A stretch of 64,000 nucleotides of DNA from a virus. Its lineage: Duplodnaviria; Caudoviricetes. Where the stretch lies: positions 568 to 64,567 of the IMG/VR virus record IMGVR_UViG_3300030372_002245; one strand, written 5' to 3'. The notes under the pieces were generated by a model, which saw only the letters and a list, made by a program, of their open reading frames with translations, did not search any database and was not told where the DNA came from. A program made the translations under genes and the position numbers. Positions within the stretch are counted from its first letter, which is position 1. Each line of letters starts with the position of its first letter. Positions 29,067-36,888 of the stretch are shown here, in pieces.

Positions 29067-30925
29067 TGCTACAACATTCTATGCTAAGTCCTGAGAGTTC
29101 TTGGTCAGTTCCTCCTGTTTTTCCTCAGTTTGGGGAGGATGAAACAGTTGCGGTTGACCTAGAAACCTATGACCCTTACCTCACGACCTGCGGTCCAGGA
29201 TGGGCTACAGGTCGGGGTCATGTGGTTGGCATAGGTGTAGCAACTAAAGACTGGTGCGGTTATTTTCCTATTCGACACGAGGGTGGAGGCAACTTAGATG
29301 AAGATGTTGTTTTACGTTGGTTGAAAAATTTACTTTCTTCTGAAAAGAGAAAGGTTATTTTTCACAACGCACTCTACGATGTTGGTTGGCTACGTCGGGA
29401 AGGGATCGAGATTAAAGGTACTGTATTAGACACCATTATCGCGGCTCCTCTACTCGATGAGAACCGTTTTTCATATTCTTTAGATTCTTTAGGTGAGTTT
29501 TATTGTAACGAAACTAAAGATGAATCGTTATTACAGGATGCAGCACTCGCTTACGGAATCAATCCTAAGTCAGAGATGTATAAATTACCTGCAAAATATG
29601 TTGGACCTTACGGTGAGCAAGACGCAGCACTCACTTTAAAACTTTGGCATAAACTTAAACTAGAAATCGACAGCCAAGACTTAAATAAGATTTTAGAAAT
29701 GGAGTCGAGACTTATTCCGTTGCTTTTAGAAATGCGGTGGAGAGGTGTTCGAGTTGACGAAGACAAAGCGGGTGAGGTAAGTGAAAAACTTTCTAAAGAA
29801 GAACAAAAGATTCAGGTAGAAATCAAACGTAAGTATGGTTCCGATGTAAACCTTTGGGCTAACGCTTCTTTACAGTCTATTTTTGACAACAACGATTTAT
29901 GGTATCCTCGAACAGAAAAAGGCATGGCTAGTTTCCAAAAAGACTGGCTCGAGTCTCACGAACACGAGTTGCCTCAATTAATCGTCAGGGCTCGCAAACT
30001 TAATAAAGCGAGAACGACGTTTATTGATAAGATGATCATGGAACATGCGTTTAATGGTCGCATACACGCAGAGGCACATCCTATGCGTAACGATCGTGGT
30101 GGAACAGTTAGTGGTCGATTTAGTTACAGCAATCCCAATCTACAACAGGTTCCTGCACGTGATCCAGAGATCGGTAATTTAATTCGTTCATTATTTATTC
30201 CAGAAGACAGTTGTCAGTGGGGGGTGTTTGATTATTCCCAACAAGAACCTAGACTTACGGTGCATTACGCTAACCGTATGAACTTATCTGGAGCTAAGTC
30301 AGCGGTTAAAGAATATACTGAAAAGAACGCAGACTTTCACCAGATCGTAGCAGACATGGCTAATATACCCCGTAAACAGGCTAAAATGATTAACTTAGGG
30401 CTTAGTTATGGGATGGGTAAGGAAAAGTTAATTAAAGAACTAGGTCTAGACGATACGGAAGCGGAAAAACTCTTTAAACAATACCACGAAAAGGTTCCGT
30501 TTATCCGTGCTCTGCAAGATCAATGTGCAAGGGTAGCGATGGATCGAGGATACATAAGAACTTTTGCAGGCAGACGCTGTCGGTTCGACCGATGGGAAAG
30601 CCGTTATGAAAAAAGCACACCGCTTCCACTCGAGGAAGCAAAACAAAAATATGGTGAAGACCTAAAAAGGTCATTTACTTATAAAGCGATGAATCGTTTA
30701 ATACAAGGCTCGGCGGCAGACATGACAAAGCTCGCGATGCTCGGACTGTGGGAGGAAGGAATTGTTCCTCATCTACAAGTGCACGATGAAGTTGATATCT
30801 CAGTAGAAAATACAGAACAAGCAAATAAAATAGTGCATATTATGGAGCACTGCGTAGAACTTGCCGTTCCTCTACTGGTTGATAAAGAGTTGGGTAAGTC
30901 GTGGGGTGAAATAGAGGAAGTATAA
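29066..30925 (+). CDS. polA: Family A DNA polymerase with 3'-5' exonuclease (Leu762 type)
   Basis: Exo DLET/HNALYD; motif A DYSQQEPR; motif B RKQAKMINLGLSYG; motif C VHDE. Confidence 0.95.
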   Translation: MLQHSMLSPESSWSVPPVFPQFGEDETVAVDLETYDPYLTTCGPGWATGRGHVVGIGVATKDWCGYFPIRHEGGGNLDEDVVLRWLKNLLSSEKRKVIFHNALYDVGWLRREGIEIKGTVLDTIIAAPLLDENRFSYSLDSLGEFYCNETKDESLLQDAALAYGINPKSEMYKLPAKYVGPYGEQDAALTLKLWHKLKLEIDSQDLNKILEMESRLIPLLLEMRWRGVRVDEDKAGEVSEKLSKEEQKIQVEIKRKYGSDVNLWANASLQSIFDNNDLWYPRTEKGMASFQKDWLESHEHELPQLIVRARKLNKARTTFIDKMIMEHAFNGRIHAEAHPMRNDRGGTVSGRFSYSNPNLQQVPARDPEIGNLIRSLFIPEDSCQWGVFDYSQQEPRLTVHYANRMNLSGAKSAVKEYTEKNADFHQIVADMANIPRKQAKMINLGLSYGMGKEKLIKELGLDDTEAEKLFKQYHEKVPFIRALQDQCARVAMDRGYIRTFAGRRCRFDRWESRYEKSTPLPLEEAKQKYGEDLKRSFTYKAMNRLIQGSAADMTKLAMLGLWEEGIVPHLQVHDEVDISVENTEQANKIVHIMEHCVELAVPLLVDKELGKSWGEIEEV

Positions 30926-30927
30926 TT

Positions 30928-31269
30928 ATGAAAGGAATTTCAGCAGAAAAAGCAAGAGAGAACTCTATCCGATACCGTGAGATTTTCGATCGATGGGTTG
31001 GGGAAGAGATTACACTCGAACAACTCGGAAACGAGTATGGAGTTACAAAACAAAGAATGTGGCAAATCGTTACTCGATGTAAACTTGCCGAGGGCGATTA
31101 TTATCGAGGAGTTAATCTAGCTCGGAACAAATGGACGGAACTCTACTCTACCTATCAAGATTCAGAACAGACTAAACGAGCTTTTAATGAATGGCTTGCG
31201 AGTAAAGAAATCAAAGTTGCCGTAGATAATAAGAAAGCTGCACCGCATACAGGCTGGGATTTAAGCTAA
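30928..31269 (+). CDS. HTH protein resembling sigma70 region 4
   Basis: TLEQLGNEYGVTKQRMWQI resembles sigma70 region 4.2 (TLEEVGKQFDVTRERIRQI). Confidence 0.6.
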   Translation: MKGISAEKARENSIRYREIFDRWVGEEITLEQLGNEYGVTKQRMWQIVTRCKLAEGDYYRGVNLARNKWTELYSTYQDSEQTKRAFNEWLASKEIKVAVDNKKAAPHTGWDLS

Positions 31270-31275
31270 TCGTAT

Positions 31276-31309
31276 ACTGCTTTACTTTGCCGTTTTTGGT
31301 ATATAGTAT
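31276..31309 (+). promoter_or_regulatory. Early-type promoter
   Basis: ACTGC-TTTACT-17-TAGTAT. Confidence 0.7.
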
Positions 31310-31315
31310 AGGGGT

Positions 31316-31957
31316 ATGTATTATTTTAGCAATTATTTAACAGACGAGCAACTTGAAGCGGTAGAAAGCAAGGGCACTTGTCCTGTATGTAAAAAGAATC
31401 AAATAAAGGGCAGACAAACAAAATATTGTAGTGCTGAGTGCAGAACAACTGCTAATAATGAAGCTAATAAATATCATCCAACTAATAGAGAACCTACAGA
31501 GCGAAACTGTCTTCAGTGTGGTGTTGTGTTTATAGGAACAGGGTTTTATTGTTCTAAAAAATGTAATGAACAAAACAAGCGTCAGAAACATCAAAATCCT
31601 ACAAGCACTTATGGAACTAAAGGTAGGAAAAAAGAAAAGAAAAAAGAATATAAGAAAGAAGTACGTTATGGTTTAGGCGATCCTACGTGGATGCACGGGA
31701 GTTTTGTAGGTAATATACCTGACAATGTTCGATACCTTGTTGCTTCGATACCTGACAAACCTTATACCGAAGAAGACATGCAAGAGATCGATAAAGTAAT
31801 AATCGAAGAACTCTCCCCCCTAAGAACAAAAAGACCTAGATATCGAAGATCAGAGAAACAGGCTACAGAGCAAAGAAAACAAAGAGCTCGGAAAGCCATA
31901 GGTTGGGAAAAAGGTTTAAAATTCGATTTTAAGAAAAGAAAGTTTGTAAGTGGATAA
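31316..31957 (+). CDS. Zn-finger protein, probably leaderless
   Basis: CPVC..YCSAEC and CLQC..YCSKKC; ATG 6 nt after the -10; no SD. Confidence 0.7.
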   Translation: MYYFSNYLTDEQLEAVESKGTCPVCKKNQIKGRQTKYCSAECRTTANNEANKYHPTNREPTERNCLQCGVVFIGTGFYCSKKCNEQNKRQKHQNPTSTYGTKGRKKEKKKEYKKEVRYGLGDPTWMHGSFVGNIPDNVRYLVASIPDKPYTEEDMQEIDKVIIEELSPLRTKRPRYRRSEKQATEQRKQRARKAIGWEKGLKFDFKKRKFVSG

Positions 31958-32123
31958 GGAATTACAGGACAACCCCCTTTTTTATAATTTTGTTAGAAAA
32001 ATGTATGACAGTAATTGCAGAGAAAGACGGGAACATGGACAAAGAGAGTTTGAAAATGTTTTTGAATATTATAGAAAATATCCTGAATGGCTTTATGAAA
32101 AATACACAAGCATAAATGGCTAA
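31950..32123 (+). CDS. 57-aa hypothetical protein (not in ORF track)
   Basis: GTG...TAA frame fills the gap and overlaps both neighbours. Confidence 0.5.
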   Translation: MDKELQDNPLFYNFVRKMYDSNCRERREHGQREFENVFEYYRKYPEWLYEKYTSING

Positions 32124-32505
32124 AGAAAAAAATTTATGGCTACTTATGAGGAAAAACCTACCTCATATACACCTACAACGGATCGAAACAGGACTTACGG
32201 GTTCGGGTGTTCCTGACGTAAACGGCTGTGCTAAAGGCAAAGAATTTTGGGTAGAACTAAAAGAGATCCACGGAGGCAACAAACTTACTCTACGACCTAT
32301 GCAAATATCCTGGATCGCTAAACGAGCAATGCATGGCGGACAAGTTTTTGTTTTAGCAAGGAAACACGGCGAGATTAAGTTGTTTCATGTTGATGGGTTA
32401 GAAGGGGCAAAACAGTTGGTAGAGGGTGGATATAAGTCTGATGCTCTGCTTACTCTTAATATTCCCTACGACTGGGAAGCTCTAACTACTGCTTTACTTT
32501 CGTAA
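32116..32505 (+). CDS. PD-(D/E)XK nuclease (VRR-NUC/Holliday-junction resolvase-like)
   Basis: RIE...GVPD...FWVELK, LRPMQISW. Confidence 0.8.
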   Translation: MAKEKNLWLLMRKNLPHIHLQRIETGLTGSGVPDVNGCAKGKEFWVELKEIHGGNKLTLRPMQISWIAKRAMHGGQVFVLARKHGEIKLFHVDGLEGAKQLVEGGYKSDALLTLNIPYDWEALTTALLS

Positions 32506-32521
32506 CTATCACGTTTACTAT
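32488..32521 (+). promoter_or_regulatory. Early-type promoter
   Basis: ACTGC-TTTACT-17-TACTAT. Confidence 0.7.
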
Positions 32522-32585
32522 AAGGGGGTAGTTAAAAAACTACGATCATTAAACAGTGCAAAATAACTTTAGAAAGGAGAATATT

Positions 32586-33617
32586 ATGGCACATCAAGTA
32601 GAAACAATGGCATGGGCTAACGATGAGCCTTGGCACGGATTAGGTGTCGAAGTTCCAGCAACCCTTACACCATTGGAAATGCAGGAGGCAGCAAGTCTTG
32701 ACTGGACAGTTAGTAAACGTCCCAGTTATACTATCGATGCCCCCGAATGGAGCGAAGATGTAGGTCTTATCCAAGCGGATAAAACTTTTCACATTGTTCG
32801 TGATAGTGATAACCAAATACTAAGTCATTGCGGTAGAGATTATATCCCTATTCAAAATGAGGACGTATTTAAATTCTTTAAGCGTTTTACTGAAGCGGGA
32901 CATATGACTATGGAAACCGCAGGTAGTTTAAAGAATGGTGGTGAGATCTGGGGTCTAGCTAAAATCTCGGAAGACTTCGAGCTTGTCGGCGAAGACCAGA
33001 TCAAAGGTTATCTCTTAATTAACCAACCCCACATCGTAGGCAAGTCTATGATTATTAAACTTACACCGATTCGTGTTGTTTGTAATAATACTCTTACATT
33101 TGCTCTAGGATCCGCAGGGGCTTCTTTCCGTATACCACACGTTAAAGCGTTCGGAGATGAAGCGATACGCGCCGCAGAAGAGGCTCTAGGGCTATCTGGA
33201 GAGCGTATGGCAGAGTTTAAAGAAGCCGCGACTTTCTTAACCAAGAAAAAGGCTAAACATTCTGACTTCTTAGAGTATGTCGGAGAAGTTTATCAGCCTA
33301 CTATGATAGCAGACTACCGTAGAGACCAAGAGCTAAAAGCTCAAGGTAAACTCATCGGTGAGCTACCGCCATTGGTTGAGAACTTTAACAAGTACCCCAA
33401 CTTAGCAGTTGAGGCTTTAAAACATGCTCCAGGAGCAAGTTTGAAGTCTTCCAGAGGTACTTGGTGGGGTGCACTTAACGCAGTTACCTATGTAGAGGAT
33501 CATTTACACGAGTCTGAGATTCCTGGAAATACCCTACACAGTGCGTGGTTCGGTGCAGCAGCAAACCGCAAGAGCAGAGCGCTTGACTTAGCTGTCAAGT
33601 ATGCAAAGGCGGCATAA
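32586..33617 (+). CDS. DUF932/DUF945-family phage protein
   Basis: MAHQVETMAW...PWHGLG, ETAGSLKNG, PIRVVCNNTL, GTWWGALNAVT. Confidence 0.85.
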   Translation: MAHQVETMAWANDEPWHGLGVEVPATLTPLEMQEAASLDWTVSKRPSYTIDAPEWSEDVGLIQADKTFHIVRDSDNQILSHCGRDYIPIQNEDVFKFFKRFTEAGHMTMETAGSLKNGGEIWGLAKISEDFELVGEDQIKGYLLINQPHIVGKSMIIKLTPIRVVCNNTLTFALGSAGASFRIPHVKAFGDEAIRAAEEALGLSGERMAEFKEAATFLTKKKAKHSDFLEYVGEVYQPTMIADYRRDQELKAQGKLIGELPPLVENFNKYPNLAVEALKHAPGASLKSSRGTWWGALNAVTYVEDHLHESEIPGNTLHSAWFGAAANRKSRALDLAVKYAKAA

Positions 33618-33862
33618 TGGCTGAAGAAAACCCTAAACAGTATTTCATCGATGATGAAACTTTAGCAAAAGTATGGGTTGCCTTATTTGAGTCGGAGCAT
33701 TACGCTCTGGCTCAAGAGGTTTCCGCCTACATGATTGCTCAAGGCTGTCAAGAAATAACGGGTGTCGACGACAACGTTTTGATCTTAAACTTTTGGCGAC
33801 ACTTTTTAGAAGAAAAAGGCTTAGTCCAATTCCATGATGAAGAACCAGAGGAGGTGCACTAA
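33617..33862 (+). CDS. Hypothetical protein
   Basis: Coupled TAATG start. Confidence 0.6.
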   Translation: MAEENPKQYFIDDETLAKVWVALFESEHYALAQEVSAYMIAQGCQEITGVDDNVLILNFWRHFLEEKGLVQFHDEEPEEVH

Positions 33863-34122
33863 TGGAATATAAAATCGAAAAGGGAATCCCTCTGCCTCCC
33901 GATACAAGAGCAGGGACAACAATGTATCCTTTTAAGGAAATGAATGTCGGTGATTCGGTATTCTTTCCTCTATCAGAAGGCGATAATGCAACACGGATGA
34001 AAAACCGTTTATCACAAGCTACTCGAACGTTTGGCAAAAAACAACAGCCTGAACGTCATTTTGTGATACGTTATCGGCTAGAGGATGAAGTATCAGGAGT
34101 GCGAGTGTGGCGGAAGGACTAA
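33862..34122 (+). CDS. Small putative DNA-binding protein
   Basis: KIEKGIPLP...YPFKEMNVGDS...GVRVWR pattern. Confidence 0.65.
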   Translation: MEYKIEKGIPLPPDTRAGTTMYPFKEMNVGDSVFFPLSEGDNATRMKNRLSQATRTFGKKQQPERHFVIRYRLEDEVSGVRVWRKD

Positions 34123-34385
34123 ACATTGCCGCATGGATTGCCGAAAAGTTTACCGAAAAAGAAGAACAGGTAAACGATCTACATCGGTATATCGCACAAC
34201 TGGAAGAACACTCTCAAATGCTTGGTGAGTTGGTGTCTCATATAGAAAAAACAGACTTACTTCACTCTACTAAGAAAGTGGGAAAAAGTGAAAGTTGGTT
34301 TGTAGATGAGAAACTATACGAATTGGTAGATAAAGCCAACAACTTGATCGCGGGTCCAACTCGTGCTTACGTTGACCAAGATTGA
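34107..34385 (+). CDS. Hypothetical coiled-coil protein
   Basis: GTG start after GGAG. Confidence 0.55.
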   Translation: MAEGLNIAAWIAEKFTEKEEQVNDLHRYIAQLEEHSQMLGELVSHIEKTDLLHSTKKVGKSESWFVDEKLYELVDKANNLIAGPTRAYVDQD

Positions 34386-34405
34386 GGTGTTCGCGTTATG
34401 TTTTT

Positions 34406-34439
34406 ACTGCTTTACTTTCGTAATAATCTAAGGCAGAAT
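34406..34439 (+). promoter_or_regulatory. Early-type promoter
   Basis: ACTGC-TTTACT-17-CAGAAT. Confidence 0.65.
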
Positions 34440-34497
34440 AAAACTTGGTTCGTTATAGTAATAACGGGAATATTAACAACACAGAAAGGAGAAAGCT

Positions 34498-34866
34498 ATG
34501 CAGACTCAAACTGTTGGCTCTACGAAAAGAGCACCTGCGAGGAAGGTTTCTAAGAAGCCTCTGAGCAAAGCAAAAGTCACTGCAGTGCCAAAACCTATGA
34601 GCAAAGGGCGAGGAGCCGCCAGAACTTTATACAAGTTCAACGGTAAGACCCCTGAGCAAAAAGGTTTTACACCGCAGATGTATGCGCTGATTCAAACTGC
34701 AGACGAAGCTAAAAAGAAGGAGCTTGACTCCTCTAGCTTCACTGCACAGGATCTAGTGGCATTAGCCGTGAAGAACGGTACTTTGACGACAGGTCAGGAT
34801 CCGCTAAGAATCTTTAGATTCTACGCGAAGAGACTTGTTGAAGAAGGCTACTTCAGCAAAGTGTGA
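34498..34866 (+). CDS. Basic putative DNA-binding protein, paralog family A copy 1
   Basis: Own promoter and RBS; PQM...L.T.Q.P.RI..FY.KRL..EG shared with 44067. Confidence 0.75.
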   Translation: MQTQTVGSTKRAPARKVSKKPLSKAKVTAVPKPMSKGRGAARTLYKFNGKTPEQKGFTPQMYALIQTADEAKKKELDSSSFTAQDLVALAVKNGTLTTGQDPLRIFRFYAKRLVEEGYFSKV

Positions 34867-34870
34867 CTTT

Positions 34871-35130
34871 GCACATTGATAAGGTGTGCTACTAAGCGAT
34901 TAGTACAGGATGGCACTTAAAGGAAAACTCCTGTTGGATGGGTTTATAAGCATCCTATAAACAACGCCTTATCGAGTCCAGAAGCTAAGTTGGACTATAA
35001 ATATAATAGCAAAGAAGCAGTTGGTAGTCTGCTATATCAAAACTACCAGTAGCCAGTGCGAGGGTTGATAGGGAAATTAGCAGTTAATGAACTATCCTTA
35101 AATGTTAATCCAACTGCCCACTGGCTACCA
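34871..35130 (+). ncRNA. Candidate large structured RNA (multi-stem, pseudoknotted)
   Basis: No ORF of 60 aa or more; two 10-bp long-range stems, a GNRA hairpin and two H-type pseudoknot pairings found by eye. Confidence 0.55.
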
Positions 35131-35160
35131 CTAAATCTCAGCTTCAATTAGGAGACCAAT

Positions 35161-35409
35161 ATGAAAGTATTAGGAGCAATAACATTTCTAGCAGGGATGT
35201 TCGTATTTATGAGCGGTTGGATCTTTTTAGATCTCGCCTCATTACCCCTTAAACAAGACCTTTATGCACTCGATGTGCTAGGTTTTTTCAACCATTTGTT
35301 TTCATTAAACCCAAGAACAGCAAGTTTTCAGTCTATATTGTCTGCAATATTTATATTGATGGGCTGTGCAATTTGTTATGCAGGCACTGTCATGGTTAGA
35401 GAACGATGA
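35161..35409 (+). CDS. Small membrane protein (2 TM)
   Basis: AGGAG RBS; two hydrophobic helices. Confidence 0.7.
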   Translation: MKVLGAITFLAGMFVFMSGWIFLDLASLPLKQDLYALDVLGFFNHLFSLNPRTASFQSILSAIFILMGCAICYAGTVMVRER

Positions 35410-35699
35410 AAACCAATATACAAATTATTATCGACGACGAGGAACGGCTCGATCTCGGTAGAAAATATCACGATACCAAAAATAAACATCTGATCACTCG
35501 AGACGAACTCAGAACGATTGTGCATGAGTTTATGCAAGAAATCCTGGATTCGGACCAAACGGTTAAGAAAACAACCAACGAAGTGGTCTCTACTGGATCG
35601 TGGAGAAAAATTTATTATTATGAAGGTCGCAAATATTCTAAAAAAGAATGGGAACAGTTGCCCGATAGTCCTCGCAAGTTCTATGGGCTTGACGACTAA
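35406..35699 (+). CDS. Hypothetical protein
   Basis: ATGA overlap. Confidence 0.6.
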   Translation: MKTNIQIIIDDEERLDLGRKYHDTKNKHLITRDELRTIVHEFMQEILDSDQTVKKTTNEVVSTGSWRKIYYYEGRKYSKKEWEQLPDSPRKFYGLDD

Positions 35700-35705
35700 A
35701 AGTTT

Positions 35706-35739
35706 ACTGCTTTATATTCGTTTTTATGGCTTTTATAAT
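35706..35739 (+). promoter_or_regulatory. Early-type promoter
   Basis: ACTGC-TTTATA-17-TATAAT. Confidence 0.8.
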
Positions 35740-35772
35740 ATTAGGTATAACTAAAACAGAAAGGAGAAAGTT

Positions 35773-35961
35773 ATGGACTACGTTGAGTGGAAAAAACAAA
35801 ACACCGACAGGTGGAACCAAATCTTAAATGACCTTAGAGAGTCAGGCGAAATAAATATGTTTGGCGCACCCCGATGGTTAATGGATAACTATGGTTTAGA
35901 AAAGTCCGAGGCGAATGAAATATTCACCGCTTGGACAAAAACTTTTGAAGAGAGGACTTGA
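35773..35961 (+). CDS. Small conserved phage protein
   Basis: LRESGEINMFGAPRWL motif; consensus RBS. Confidence 0.75.
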   Translation: MDYVEWKKQNTDRWNQILNDLRESGEINMFGAPRWLMDNYGLEKSEANEIFTAWTKTFEERT

Positions 35962-35963
35962 TC

Positions 35964-36335
35964 ATGGGAAAGAAAGTATATCGAGAAATAGAAATGGTTT
36001 CGGAACAGCTTGAAAAAGTAACATACCTTTGCGATATTTGTAACGGTCCGATAGAACACCACAAAGATGAAAACGGTCAGGTGTACTGGAACAAAGGTCA
36101 TAACGCAGAGCCTGTCGTAGAAGACGGTCAAGCGTGTGATACTTGTAATGACAGAGTAGTGATCCGTTCTCGAATGGGCGGTGATAATTTAACGGTTATG
36201 AAACAGTTTGTAGAGGTATTACAGATTATGGAGCCTGAGAACCGCAAAAATCTTATCAAATATTTTGATATTCAGTTTGCGGAAAATTTACAGCAAATGG
36301 TTTCTAGTGAAATTAAGAGAAGGGACGACGACTAA
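35964..36335 (+). CDS. Zn-binding hypothetical protein
   Basis: CDIC...GHNAEPV...ACDTCN. Confidence 0.7.
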   Translation: MGKKVYREIEMVSEQLEKVTYLCDICNGPIEHHKDENGQVYWNKGHNAEPVVEDGQACDTCNDRVVIRSRMGGDNLTVMKQFVEVLQIMEPENRKNLIKYFDIQFAENLQQMVSSEIKRRDDD

Positions 36336-36343
36336 TCGTTTAG

Positions 36344-36375
36344 TGCTTTACTTTCGCTTTTTTGTAGTTTAAGAT
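36344..36375 (+). promoter_or_regulatory. Early-type promoter
   Basis: TGC-TTTACT-17-TAAGAT. Confidence 0.65.
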
Positions 36376-36395
36376 TAAATTATAAGTTTTTATGG

Positions 36396-36493
36396 TAAGT
36401 CAGGATTTTTTGTATTATTGTTTGCCTGACTTATCGGTGCGGTCTGCTCCTATATATGTTAAATGTAGATGTTTGTTCATTCCAGATCGCACC
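36396..36493 (+). ncRNA. Candidate structured leader/sRNA (two long hairpins)
   Basis: TAAGTCAGG/CCTGACTTA (9 bp) and GGTGCGGTCTG/CAGATCGCACC (11 bp). Confidence 0.45.
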
Positions 36494-36521
36494 ACACCAG
36501 TTTTTTAGAAAGGAGAAAATT

Positions 36522-36719
36522 ATGGAAAAACCATTAAAGGATATAATAAGCATCCTCGATAGCTTAGTAAAAAGAAACCATGAACAGCAAGAGCTCAACA
36601 GCGAGATCTACAAAGCTGTTAAAACGCTACAAGATCGTGTCATCCTTCTCGAAGGACAGAACCACGTTATGGACACCGTAGCCCGTATTACAGGAAACCT
36701 CGATGAAAGCCGTGATTGA
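36522..36719 (+). CDS. Small coiled-coil protein
   Basis: Start moved to the ATG after TAGAAAGGAG. Confidence 0.7.
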   Translation: MEKPLKDIISILDSLVKRNHEQQELNSEIYKAVKTLQDRVILLEGQNHVMDTVARITGNLDESRD

Positions 36720-36888
36720 TTTTAAAAGATTTAAAATCAGTATGTATATGGACTATGTTTCTAGTCATATGCACAGGGAAGGAGATGGCAACCATCTTAC
36801 TCAAGAGGAGTATTACGAAAAATACGAAGATTTTTTGAAAAGAGAATATAAAGAACATTCTGTGCAAAAACAGGAGAATGTCTCATGA
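36703..36888 (+). CDS. Hypothetical protein
   Basis: 61 aa, overlapped; EYYEKYEDFLKREY. Confidence 0.55.
   Translation: MKAVIDFKRFKISMYMDYVSSHMHREGDGNHLTQEEYYEKYEDFLKREYKEHSVQKQENVS

Noticed and set aside
34871-35130. tRNA, tmRNA, RNase P or group I intron identity for the structured region
   Set aside because: It has a D-loop-like AGTTGGTAG, a 3' ACCA and a GACTA/TAGTC pair, but no TTCRA T-loop, no cloverleaf, no tag ORF and no P3-P8 or P4-P6 context. Left unassigned.
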